64,000 bases of DNA, from the NCBI GenBank assembly GCA_021851895.1, contig JAJZQJ010000005.1, positions 14,572 through 78,571 of the forward strand, written 5' to 3'. Position numbers and translations under genes: made by a program. The notes beneath the pieces are model-generated. The model was not told the origin of the DNA. It saw only the letters and a program-made list of their open reading frames with translations, and made no database searches. Shown here piece after piece: positions 18,522 to 26,946 of this stretch. Each line of letters opens with the position of its first letter. Within the stretch, counting starts at the first letter, position 1. Source of the DNA: a bacterium. Its GTDB lineage: Bacteria; Patescibacteriota; Minisyncoccia; Phycocordibacterales; UBA6899.

Positions 18522-19856
18522 CTAGTGATTTGCGGTACGCTGAATACCGAGTGCGATCAGTTTTTCGATCAAGCGAGTAACATCAAATGCCTGCTTTGCA
18601 TGAAGGCCGACTCCACCATCGTCACTCTTTAACTGTATCTGCTCGAGAAAATCCTCCTTGCGTGTAAAACCACCGATGCGCTGCTTAATGATATCTTCGA
18701 AAAATATCTTCTCTTTTTCTCCGAGTGTGAGCGCACACTGCGTTGAAAGGAATTCAGCAATGCGATTGACATACTCCGTATTGCGAATATACGTTTCCCC
18801 TCCCTCTTTCGCAGTCGCACGCCTATAGCGCTCGACATCATGTGCATGTTCAATGATGAGCTTCAATCGATCGACCATGATACCCGCACGCGCGACCGGA
18901 ATACCAATTCCGCCTTCGTGCTCACTGCGCATGAGAATCTGCATGTATTGAGGATAATCGATTCGGCCCTCAATGACCTGCTCAGTGAGTTTTTGCAACT
19001 TTGATATTTGATCAAACGAAAGCTCTTCGGTAAGGAAATTGATCAAACTTTTCGCCTGCAACTCCTTTGGACTGTCGTATGGATATATACGTGCGACCTG
19101 CTCGATCTCAGTGACGATCGTCGAACCCGCTTCAAGTTTGATGATCTGATCCTTTTCTGGATTCGGGACAACGCGAAGCACGCGCCCATCATTCATATAG
19201 ACGACGCGATGCGCTCGAGGAAGAAGTTTTGCATCGTGCGTGACGAGGAAGATCGTCTTCTTGTCACGCTGATTGATCTCGTCGAGGGTTGCCATGACGG
19301 CAGCTGCGGTAACTGAGTCGAGGTTTCCAACCGGCTCATCGGCGATGAGGATCTGCGGGTCATTGACGAGCGATCGCGCAGCAGAGACACGCTGCTGCTG
19401 ACCTCCAGAAAGATGCGTCGGCAGTTTCTGCACAACCTTATCAACTGAAAAACGCTTACAAAGTTCCATGGCCCTGATCTCACGCTCTCTCGGACCGATA
19501 CCATCGAAGATGAGCGGAAGCGCCACATTATCAAGCACGGTGATCGACGGTATCAGGTTGAACTGCTGGTACATGATTCCCATCGTCTTACGCTGGAAGA
19601 ACACCATGTCCATGGGAGCATAATCGTAGATCGATTCTCCATTCACATACATCTTTCCCGCTGACGGAGGGAGGACTCCAAAAATAGAGTAGAGCAAGGT
19701 CGACTTGCCGCAGCCCGATGGACCAAAGAGAATGATGTACTCCTGATCGAAAACCTCGAGCGTCGTTCCCTTGTTCGCCTTGAATTCATTCTCTTGTCCG
19801 AGATTATAAGTGATCTCGACATGATCGATGTAAACGATCGGTTTTGCCATGCGCAC
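18522..19856 (-). CDS. ABC transporter ATP-binding protein with ~200-aa C-terminal extension
   Basis: Walker A GPSGCGKST, signature LSGGQQQRVSAARSL and Walker B ILIADEP. Residues ~235-444 form an extra helical domain of unknown function. Confidence 0.75.
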   Translation of the reverse strand: MRMAKPIVYIDHVEITYNLGQENEFKANKGTTLEVFDQEYIILFGPSGCGKSTLLYSIFGVLPPSAGKMYVNGESIYDYAPMDMVFFQRKTMGIMYQQFNLIPSITVLDNVALPLIFDGIGPREREIRAMELCKRFSVDKVVQKLPTHLSGGQQQRVSAARSLVNDPQILIADEPVGNLDSVTAAAVMATLDEINQRDKKTIFLVTHDAKLLPRAHRVVYMNDGRVLRVVPNPEKDQIIKLEAGSTIVTEIEQVARIYPYDSPKELQAKSLINFLTEELSFDQISKLQKLTEQVIEGRIDYPQYMQILMRSEHEGGIGIPVARAGIMVDRLKLIIEHAHDVERYRRATAKEGGETYIRNTEYVNRIAEFLSTQCALTLGEKEKIFFEDIIKQRIGGFTRKEDFLEQIQLKSDDGGVGLHAKQAFDVTRLIEKLIALGIQRTANH

Positions 19857-19917
19857 ATTGTACCAAGAGTCTCCTTTACGGTACCAGCATGAAGTAAGTA
19901 ACTAATAGATGTTCTAC

Positions 19918-19946
19918 TTGTACCACATTCGAGAAAGACGTATAAT
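19918..19946 (+). promoter_or_regulatory. Promoter TTGTAC-17-TATAAT ending 7 nt before the ATG (leaderless configuration)
   Basis: ttgtac at 19918-23 and tataat at 19941-46, with the ATG at 19954. Confidence 0.4.
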
Positions 19947-19953
19947 ATACACA

Positions 19954-20934
19954 ATGAAACCAACGAAGCACTCCGCTTTTTCCTCATGCAAGCGCCTCAA
20001 TATCCCCTTCTATCGCTGTCCGCCGATAGCGAGCGTCTTTTTAGGCGCACTCACTGTCGCTATCATACTTGTGACTCAGCGCTTCACAGACAACATGCAC
20101 GACTCTTATGTCGCGCTTGTTGTACAGATCAGTATCGCAGCATCGCTCCTACTCATCTTCTTCCTGATCATCAATCGCCTTCAGCGCAATATTGAACGCA
20201 TCGAGGAAGAAAAGGAACATCAACATGAGATCGAAGAGATGCGAAACGAGTACACACATATCGCATCGAGAGACATCGCCGAAGCAAGCACTGCGATCAA
20301 GTGGGGCATTCGCACGCTCGAACCATCGCTTGATCAACTTGGCAAAATAGAACAACAGACGCTCATGCGTATCAGGGATCGTAATGATCACGTACTCGAC
20401 ATCGTCCGAAATCTTACACTACTCGCACGCATCGAACGAAAGGAGATCGTTATCTCTCGGGCGCAAACCGATATCAACGCTGTAGTCAATAATCTCCTCA
20501 CGATAACCGCACGTCGCACGAAAGCGCATGGCGCTCAAGTCGTCTACGTCCCACCACCAGAGCCCATCTTCGTAGACACTGACCACATCATCCTTGCAGA
20601 CATTCTTCAGTCGCTCTATACATATGCGCTTGAGCGTACTCGGGGTGTATCTGATGCGATCAGCCTACGTGCATTCACGATCAATGCAGGAGATGCTGTC
20701 ATGGCACGTATCATCATCGCTGACAACGCACCTCCGATTCCCGAATACATGCGAAAAGATATCTTTGCTCGAGTGAGTCGCGATCCAAATACCGGAGAGA
20801 TGACCAGCACGTCACTCGGACCACATGTCGCACATGCGCTCTCAGAACTCCTCGGCGTTGAATTGATCGCAACGACGACAGATGAGCAAACTTCTTTCTC
20901 GATAACTTTCCCTTCGAATACGAAGAAAAAATGA
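19954..20934 (+). CDS. Sensor histidine-kinase-like membrane protein (atypical)
   Basis: Two N-terminal TM helices, a coiled linker, an H-box-like YTHIASRDIAEASTAIKW and a C-terminal ATPase-like region (IIADNAPPIP, LGVELIATTT). Divergent from the ABC operon. Confidence 0.5.
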   Translation: MKPTKHSAFSSCKRLNIPFYRCPPIASVFLGALTVAIILVTQRFTDNMHDSYVALVVQISIAASLLLIFFLIINRLQRNIERIEEEKEHQHEIEEMRNEYTHIASRDIAEASTAIKWGIRTLEPSLDQLGKIEQQTLMRIRDRNDHVLDIVRNLTLLARIERKEIVISRAQTDINAVVNNLLTITARRTKAHGAQVVYVPPPEPIFVDTDHIILADILQSLYTYALERTRGVSDAISLRAFTINAGDAVMARIIIADNAPPIPEYMRKDIFARVSRDPNTGEMTSTSLGPHVAHALSELLGVELIATTTDEQTSFSITFPSNTKKK

Positions 20935-20965
20935 AGCCGCCATGCGTGCTTCATTTTCTATACAA

Positions 20966-20994
20966 AAAGCACGCCGAAGCGTGCGTGGTTTTTC
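20966..20994 (+). terminator. Rho-independent terminator
   Basis: gcacgc-cgaa-gcgtgc followed by gtggttttt. Confidence 0.5.
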
Positions 20995-21417
20995 ATCTGC
21001 GTCTTCCGTACGGAGAGCGCATCGGTGGTGGAGGCGGACTTTGCCTTCCCCTGCCTCCCCCTCCGGAGTAACCCGGACGGTAAGATGGTTGCCCCCCTTG
21101 CATGGACGGAGGATCGGTATGCACCGACCTGTCTGGAGGTGGACTGTATCGCCACGGAGGCGTGAGTGGACGAGGCTGGTATCTTGGATGCCGTGGCGGC
21201 GCTGGTCTCTGGTAGTAATGTCCCCCATACGGGACACCGGGATAATAGTAGGGATAATATCCATAGGAATAATATCCATACGGGTAATACGGACTGACCT
21301 GTCCAGGACAGGCCGGTCTTGCATGGTATACCGGCGGCCGGCATCCGACGAATGCGAACAGACCGATGATGACCAGCATCAGAACGAAAAGCGAAGAGCA
21401 GGCTCGGCGGAACATAG
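20993..21417 (-). CDS. Membrane-anchored Tyr/Pro/Gly-rich low-complexity protein
   Basis: Start at MFRRACSSLFVLMLVIIGLFAFVG, which is TM and preceded by a GGGGG RBS. Followed by YYPYGYYSYGYYPYYYPGVPYGGHYY and a PPPP/RGR tail. Confidence 0.45.
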
Positions 21418-21495
21418 GACCCCCTTGTCTTTGAAGAGCTTCTCTATACATGAGTATAGCACTATGGGATGCGTACGCAAGGAGCACAAAGAAAA

Positions 21496-21520
21496 CCGTA
21501 CATATCTGTACGGTTTTCTT
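21496..21520. terminator. Hairpin terminator between convergent or tandem genes
   Basis: aaaaccgtaca-tatc-tgtacggtttt. Confidence 0.4.
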
Positions 21521-21555
21521 TTCACTCCCAACCTATGGGTGCTAGATCTCTAGGA

Positions 21556-23028
21556 TCACTTTCCAATGTTCTTAACCCAACCGAATGCGCCTTGGAAGTT
21601 CTCGAGGATGATATCGATGATGCTCTTCTCCTTATTTGGAGTGAACAAGACGAATTTCTCGGACTCAGAAGCGTTACGCGACGGATCACGACAAGTCATC
21701 CAGAATTGATACACGGTCGACGGCGCGAATTCAAGAACGACCTCAACATGACTCGTTCTCGGCTCTTTCTCCTCTTCGAAATTCGTCGGCTCGATACTTG
21801 GGTTCAATCCTGCACGATAATGGAATGTACAATAAGCGGGTTCATCCGTCGACCAAGAGACAATGGTCTGCACCTTTGCCTCGGCTGTCGGATAGAGCGT
21901 TGACTCGTTCGATACCTTGGAAATTACCGGTGGCGTCGTATCCTTTATCGTCGAGAAGTACAGTGGCTCACTCGTCACCTTCTCGCCCGCGGCATTCTCT
22001 GCTTTCACAACTGCCATATAGCGAGCTCCGAGCACGAGACCTGCGATCTTCACCGCCTGCGTCGATGCGAATACCGGTGATCCCGCTGAGCGTACTTGCT
22101 TTGTACGAATATCGGTATACTCAACCACGCCCGATGCGGGCACGGATGTCTTCCAGCCAAGTGTCGCACTATCTGCTTCTGCCTTAATCACACGGAAGCT
22201 CTGCACCGTTGGTATCGGTGATTTCGTCATGAACGAAACATCGCGGGAATATCCAGTGAGATTCAATGCATTCTTTGAGCCAGCGCGCAGGTGATAATTC
22301 GTTCCCGAAACAAGTCCTACGATTCTCACCGTATGCTCTTTCACCATATCCCCTTCTTCCGTCGATGCACTATAGTTATCAGGGTTTGCGACATCATATT
22401 CACTCTCACGCGCGTACTGCACGATCGAAGAAGCTGGATCATCCGTCTCCCACACGATAATCGCATAATCCATACCGATCTCCGCTATACGTGGCGGCCC
22501 CATGATGTATGGTGGCCTACTCACCTGCTTCGTCACCTTCGTTATCGCATCTTGCACGACCTGTAGCGCTTCTGTTGTTTGGATCTGCTGTATCTGCTGA
22601 ACGGCTTTCTCAACATGTGCCTGCTCTTCAGGAGAGAGTCTCTGTTCTGTCTTCAGGGTAAGCGCACCCTTGGTGATCAATGTATAGTCTCCCGAAAGTG
22701 CCTGATTACCATAAACATCCTGCGAACCAACGCGCAAGTGATATAACGTCGACGGATCGAGATCGGTCAATGTCAACGTATGCTGCGTCTTATCAGAGCC
22801 CGGATCTCTCGCAATACCATAATCCTTCGTCAGACAATAATTTATCTGCGAATCAGACGGCTTATCCGTATCCCAAGACACGACCGCACTGGTCGCAGTG
22901 AGTCCACCGATCTGTATGTTCGAAATCTGTGGAGGGGTCGTATCTTGCGCAAACGCGTGCACCCCAAAAAATAGTGCCAAAGCACCCACAACAAAAAATA
23001 GTTTGTGGTGCGTGATGTGTGCTTTCAC
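21556..23028 (-). CDS. Secreted protein with several fibronectin-III-like domains
   Basis: GTG start giving MKAHITHHKLFFVVGALALFFGVHAFA|QDT, a signal peptide with an AFA cleavage site. Repeated FN3-like segments such as TATSAVVSWDTD. A TATAAT hexamer lies 6 nt upstream of the GTG. Confidence 0.55.
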   Translation of the reverse strand: MKAHITHHKLFFVVGALALFFGVHAFAQDTTPPQISNIQIGGLTATSAVVSWDTDKPSDSQINYCLTKDYGIARDPGSDKTQHTLTLTDLDPSTLYHLRVGSQDVYGNQALSGDYTLITKGALTLKTEQRLSPEEQAHVEKAVQQIQQIQTTEALQVVQDAITKVTKQVSRPPYIMGPPRIAEIGMDYAIIVWETDDPASSIVQYARESEYDVANPDNYSASTEEGDMVKEHTVRIVGLVSGTNYHLRAGSKNALNLTGYSRDVSFMTKSPIPTVQSFRVIKAEADSATLGWKTSVPASGVVEYTDIRTKQVRSAGSPVFASTQAVKIAGLVLGARYMAVVKAENAAGEKVTSEPLYFSTIKDTTPPVISKVSNESTLYPTAEAKVQTIVSWSTDEPAYCTFHYRAGLNPSIEPTNFEEEKEPRTSHVEVVLEFAPSTVYQFWMTCRDPSRNASESEKFVLFTPNKEKSIIDIILENFQGAFGWVKNIGK

Positions 23029-23144
23029 ATGAACATTATAACACAGGAAACACACCTGGTTTCCTCGCCTCACGGATAAAAATATCCGCAAAAAGGCACG
23101 AACGAGAGGAGTGCAAAAATGAAATGCTGTGCTAAGATGAATGC

Positions 23145-23588
23145 ATGATTCACATAGCGGGAGGTGTCGTCTATAACCCGACACATGGCGTTGCGGTCGT
23201 CAATCAAAACAACAATTCCTGGTCCCTTCCTAAGGGGCATGTTGAACATGGCGAAGAGCCCAAAGACACTGCGATCAGGGAGATCTGGGAGGAAACGGGA
23301 ATACCTATCGAGAAGCTTGACTTCATCGCACCGCTCGGTTTTTATGAGCGCATGCGCATCAAACTGAATCATGATGACCCCGATGAGCTCCGCACGATAA
23401 CCATGTATCTCTTCCGAACCGAACACGAGGTGCTCAACCCACATGACTCTACAAACCCAGAAGCACGTTGGGTTCCAATACATGAAGTGAGTGCACTGCT
23501 TACGCATCCGAAAGATCGGGAATTTTTCACGAAGAGCATTCCGACAATAGAGAAATATGCTGCACGAACGTCCGACAACGAACGCTAA
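23145..23588 (+). CDS. Nudix hydrolase
   Basis: Nudix box GHVEHGEEPKDTAIREIWEETGI. Confidence 0.75.
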   Translation: MIHIAGGVVYNPTHGVAVVNQNNNSWSLPKGHVEHGEEPKDTAIREIWEETGIPIEKLDFIAPLGFYERMRIKLNHDDPDELRTITMYLFRTEHEVLNPHDSTNPEARWVPIHEVSALLTHPKDREFFTKSIPTIEKYAARTSDNER

Positions 23589-23979
23589 TGAACGTTATCA
23601 TGGACTGCGCTCTATGATCTTCGCATCTGAGACGCGCGATCTCCGACCGGAGCACGCTGCGATGTTTTCAGCTGAGAACGATGCGAACTTCGTCCACTTC
23701 ATCGACTCGCTATCTCCGGAAATGCATGAGCAGATCATGCGTGCTGAAGGCGGCGATACAGACGCGGCACAGGCCATAGCACTCGCCTATCAGGAATTCC
23801 GTGATCTTTTTGAAAGCGGTCTCGCAGAAAGAGACCCTGAAGTATACAATGCGTTCATCGATGCGGTTGCGCGCGGAGATGCAGATACTGCCTCAATGAT
23901 CGTCGATGAATTCTACAGACAGAGCGAGCTCGTAGACCAGCCGGTCATCGACGACGAACTCGATGCACAGTTCACATAA
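23557..23979 (+). CDS. Small acidic hypothetical protein
   Basis: Open frame with codon-like composition. Start uncertain (23557 overlaps the nudix gene; alternative at 23617). Confidence 0.4.
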   Translation: MLHERPTTNANERYHGLRSMIFASETRDLRPEHAAMFSAENDANFVHFIDSLSPEMHEQIMRAEGGDTDAAQAIALAYQEFRDLFESGLAERDPEVYNAFIDAVARGDADTASMIVDEFYRQSELVDQPVIDDELDAQFT

Positions 23980-24002
23980 AAACTCCCCTTGGGGAGTTTT
24001 TA
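23978..24002. terminator. Bidirectional Rho-independent terminator
   Basis: aaaactcccc-tt-ggggagtttt. Confidence 0.6.
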
Positions 24003-25220
24003 TGTGAACATCGAAAGAATACTGACAACAAACAAGGAGATCGTTATGGTCAACAGAAATCGAAGGAATAGCGCACGCTCCTCAAGGCGCTGTGTCAGCT
24101 TCGAGCGAAGTACTTCGTCATACGCATGACGTGACGCGCTCTCCAAGATGTTTCTCTTTTTTTCGAGAACATCGATCTTATGCTCAATGTCTGAGAGTTG
24201 CTCTCCACGATATCCTTCATGGAATCGCAACGAGCGCACAATGATACGTCGCTCTCGCTCAGCGCGATATAAGACGCGTTCAACCCTCTTAAGTTCGTGC
24301 AATGGACCACCATAAACCCGCCTCGACTCCATGATGTATAGCGCCCATAACGGCACAAGGAGAAGTGTGGCAAGGAGGAAGTGATTTGAGAGAAGACCGA
24401 AGATCGCTCCGTGACGGAGATACCCAACCCAAAAGACCAGAGCAGCATTGATCAATATACTTCCAAGAATGAGCATCATCCAGCCGAGAGAAAGTCGTAT
24501 GCGCTCTTTACGCTCTGCTATCCAGGAAGATACATCATGGCCGAGTGCTGCGAAAGCCACAGCCATTAGGAGCGGCATGATGCGACCCACTCCATGCATG
24601 AGCATAAGCCCTGCACCCCATAGCGGTTCAGCCTTTACCATCGCACCACCAAAGAGCGCAAGTGTCACGGGATGCACATCGACGACAGAGAGAAGCATGC
24701 CGAGCAAAAATGCACCGAATATACTTTTACCACGAGATAACCGCTCGATGAGTATTTCTCCACCAGACTGCGTGACGATCGAGATCAAATCCACCTCAGA
24801 CAGTGCGAGCGTATAGACGATCGCACCCAGGAACAGCATCCCGAAAGCAGTCCACCCCTCGACGCTATTAGAGAAAAATTCAAAGCCCATGAATCCCGCA
24901 AATCCACCAAAGAAACCAAGTAAGGCGAGTGGAAGTAGTGTCCCCACACTAAACGCAAATGACATTCCGACGAGATTCAGGACGTTTCTCCCCCGCGCAA
25001 ACGAAACGAAAGCAAGTATCGCCGGAAAAACCGCAGTTGAACCGACCAAAAAGATTCCTGATGAGAATGAGAAGAGATACCAGCCGAAATCATATACGTG
25101 CACCACACCAGCGAAATAGGTTTGGGAGAAAATCCCCCATGAAATGATGGCGAGTGTAAATATGAAAATGAAGAGCACACTAAGCGCTGTTCCAGTGCGC
25201 ATGGAAAGATGTGATTGCAT
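24000..25220 (-). CDS. Polytopic membrane protein with C-terminal coiled-coil region
   Basis: About 8 TM helices without Cys, then a charged helical region (ELKRVERVLYRAERERR...) and a final TM. Confidence 0.5.
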   Translation of the reverse strand: MQSHLSMRTGTALSVLFIFIFTLAIISWGIFSQTYFAGVVHVYDFGWYLFSFSSGIFLVGSTAVFPAILAFVSFARGRNVLNLVGMSFAFSVGTLLPLALLGFFGGFAGFMGFEFFSNSVEGWTAFGMLFLGAIVYTLALSEVDLISIVTQSGGEILIERLSRGKSIFGAFLLGMLLSVVDVHPVTLALFGGAMVKAEPLWGAGLMLMHGVGRIMPLLMAVAFAALGHDVSSWIAERKERIRLSLGWMMLILGSILINAALVFWVGYLRHGAIFGLLSNHFLLATLLLVPLWALYIMESRRVYGGPLHELKRVERVLYRAERERRIIVRSLRFHEGYRGEQLSDIEHKIDVLEKKRNILESASRHAYDEVLRSKLTQRLEERALFLRFLLTITISLFVVSILSMFT

Positions 25221-25332
25221 GATGATGAATGTACGAGGTCCTGAAAGTCATACGGTGGTGATCATCCCATCACCCCAAATGACGTGTTGGGTATATTATA
25301 ACATCCCGAATTGAACGAGCACTAAGTTTCTA

Positions 25333-25554
25333 TTATTTATTCACGCGAACGCTCTTGGTTGGACTCGTATGACCCGATATGAGTGAAACCGCATCAATCG
25401 AAACACCGAAATGCGTAGCGAGTAGAGAACGCATGCGCGCATTTGCGAGACCACCTTTTCGATCCTCACGTACAGATACGTGAAAACGACCGTCAGGAAG
25501 GACTTCGACGGACTCTTCGCGCGCATGTGGCGTTATCTTTACCCTGATATCCAT
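25333..25554 (-). CDS. DUF167 (YggU-like) protein
   Basis: 73 aa; the pattern I.V.P.A....V......V.V...P..G.AN..L...LA..LGV matches the YggU family. Confidence 0.5.
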   Translation of the reverse strand: MDIRVKITPHAREESVEVLPDGRFHVSVREDRKGGLANARMRSLLATHFGVSIDAVSLISGHTSPTKSVRVNK

Positions 25555-25721
25555 GAACGATATTATAACAGAAACAATTCGACGAAGAATGCGCCGTGGG
25601 TTGCTATTCCTGCTGGATAGTGTACTATGGTGATGTTCGTGTAATTCTCGTGCGTATAGGATACTTATCCTATGTATCTCGGGAAGGTCGTCACGATTTT
25701 TAGTGTAAATTCCCGAGTATT

Positions 25722-26012
25722 ATGGCAATAAAGCTTTACGTCGGTGGTCTCCCATATTCTACAACAGATACGGAGCTCAAGGACGCGTTTGCTGCTGCTG
25801 GTACTGTAACGTCAGCTTCGATCGTCACTGATCGCGAGACCCGCCGCTCACGCGGATTTGGTTTCGTCGAGATGGACACCGAGGAGATGGCAAATGCAGC
25901 TATCGAGATGTTTCATGACAAGGAGTTCGGTGGTCGCCGCCTTACGGTGAACATCGCTCGCCCAAAGGAAGATCGCCCACAGCGCGAGTTCCGTCCACGT
26001 CAGCAGTGGTAA
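25722..26012 (+). CDS. RRM-type RNA-binding protein
   Basis: RNP-2 KLYVGGL and RNP-1 RGFGFVEM. Confidence 0.75.
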   Translation: MAIKLYVGGLPYSTTDTELKDAFAAAGTVTSASIVTDRETRRSRGFGFVEMDTEEMANAAIEMFHDKEFGGRRLTVNIARPKEDRPQREFRPRQQW

Positions 26013-26013
26013 T

Positions 26014-26040
26014 TAAATTTCCCCCCTCGGGGGATTTTTA
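26014..26040 (+). terminator. Rho-independent terminator
   Basis: aaatttcccccc-tc-gggggattttt. Confidence 0.6.
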
Positions 26041-26046
26041 ATTGTC

Positions 26047-26167
26047 GGTTGGTAATTTTGGCGCGGCTTGCCGCGCTTCAACATACGCCTCACTCGCCGT
26101 ATCAGCATATGGCTCATTAGAGTTCGCATGTCTCCAGCGCGACAATCGGCATCCAAAATAACCAACC
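26047..26167. repeat. Structured intergenic repeat family, copy 4
   Basis: Perfect 15-bp terminal inverted repeat ggttggtaattttgg ... ccaaaataaccaacc. The interior contains gagttcgcatgtc (compare gagtcgcatgtc in copy 1). Confidence 0.45.
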
Positions 26168-26239
26168 TCTGAGCTTTGGTTCTTGCCACGTTATTTTGTA
26201 TTTCGAAAAACTCGCCAATTTAAGTTTCCTAAAATCAAA

Positions 26240-26345
26240 AAGACTTCAGAATTTAGATGAAATCATGCCGGTTGGAACCCAGCAAACTCTAGCAAGGCGT
26301 ATAGGTTATACGGCGAACGAGTCATGTGGTGAAATAAGTCAAAGT
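26240..26345. repeat. Structured intergenic repeat family, copy 5
   Basis: gaatttagatgaaatcatgccggttgg ... caaactctagcaaggcgtataggttatacggcgaacgagtcatgtggtgaaataag. Collinear with copy 3; the hairpin cgtata/tatacg versus ccgtac/gtacgg shows compensatory change. Confidence 0.45.
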
Positions 26346-26353
26346 TCGCCAAA

Positions 26354-26878
26354 TCATGAAGTCTTGAATTGTTTCGCGATCGCAGCGCCAAAAGCAGCTG
26401 CCGATGCTGGACCATCGGCAGTGATGACCCTCCCATCGATCACGACGCTTTCGGCAACATAAGTTGCTCCATTTCCTGACAAGATATCCCCAAGCTGCCG
26501 ATCGCCGTTCCACCCCGTCGCACGCACGCCTTCGAGCACATGTGATTTTGCAAGGACTCTGGTAGAGATACAAATGGACCCGTAGGCCATATTCGGAAGT
26601 GCTTTGACCTCAGCAAGGAAACGATACATCGTTGTATTATCCAAAGACCTCAACGCACCCGGTCCTCCGATTAGATAGATGCCATCGACTGCACTCGGTG
26701 AAAGTTCATCGATACTCATATCGACGACCACATGCTCGTTGATATTTGAAATCGCTCCACCACGATGCATAGAGAGCGTGATGACCTTATGACCCGCACT
26801 CTCGAGCACGTGTTTCGTATCGTTGTATTCCTTGCTTTGAAAACCTTCCTCAGCGATGATCAATGCTATGGTTGCCAT
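26354..26878 (-). CDS. DJ-1/PfpI-family protein
   Basis: Start at MATIALIIAEEGF. Class-I glutamine amidotransferase-like fold motifs with the nucleophile-region Cys AYGSICIS. A TATACT hexamer lies just upstream of the ATG. Confidence 0.6.
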   Translation of the reverse strand: MATIALIIAEEGFQSKEYNDTKHVLESAGHKVITLSMHRGGAISNINEHVVVDMSIDELSPSAVDGIYLIGGPGALRSLDNTTMYRFLAEVKALPNMAYGSICISTRVLAKSHVLEGVRATGWNGDRQLGDILSGNGATYVAESVVIDGRVITADGPASAAAFGAAIAKQFKTS

Positions 26879-26946
26879 GAGTATAGTATAACATATGATC
26901 CAAAAGAAAAGTGCCCTCTTTTTCGGAGGGCACGGAATGAACTTCT

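Noticed and set aside
21240-21300. Apparent GGGATAAT-like repeats resembling the heptamer arrays
   Set aside because: They are in-frame coding repeats of the Tyr-rich protein (YYPYGYY) with 9-nt and 12-nt periodicity, not 7-nt arrays.
20942-21553. 203-aa plus-strand Arg/Trp-rich ORF
   Set aside because: It is the alternate frame of the repetitive Tyr/Pro-rich minus-strand gene. It has no RBS and no membrane or signal logic, whereas the minus frame has an RBS, a TM helix and consistent repeats.
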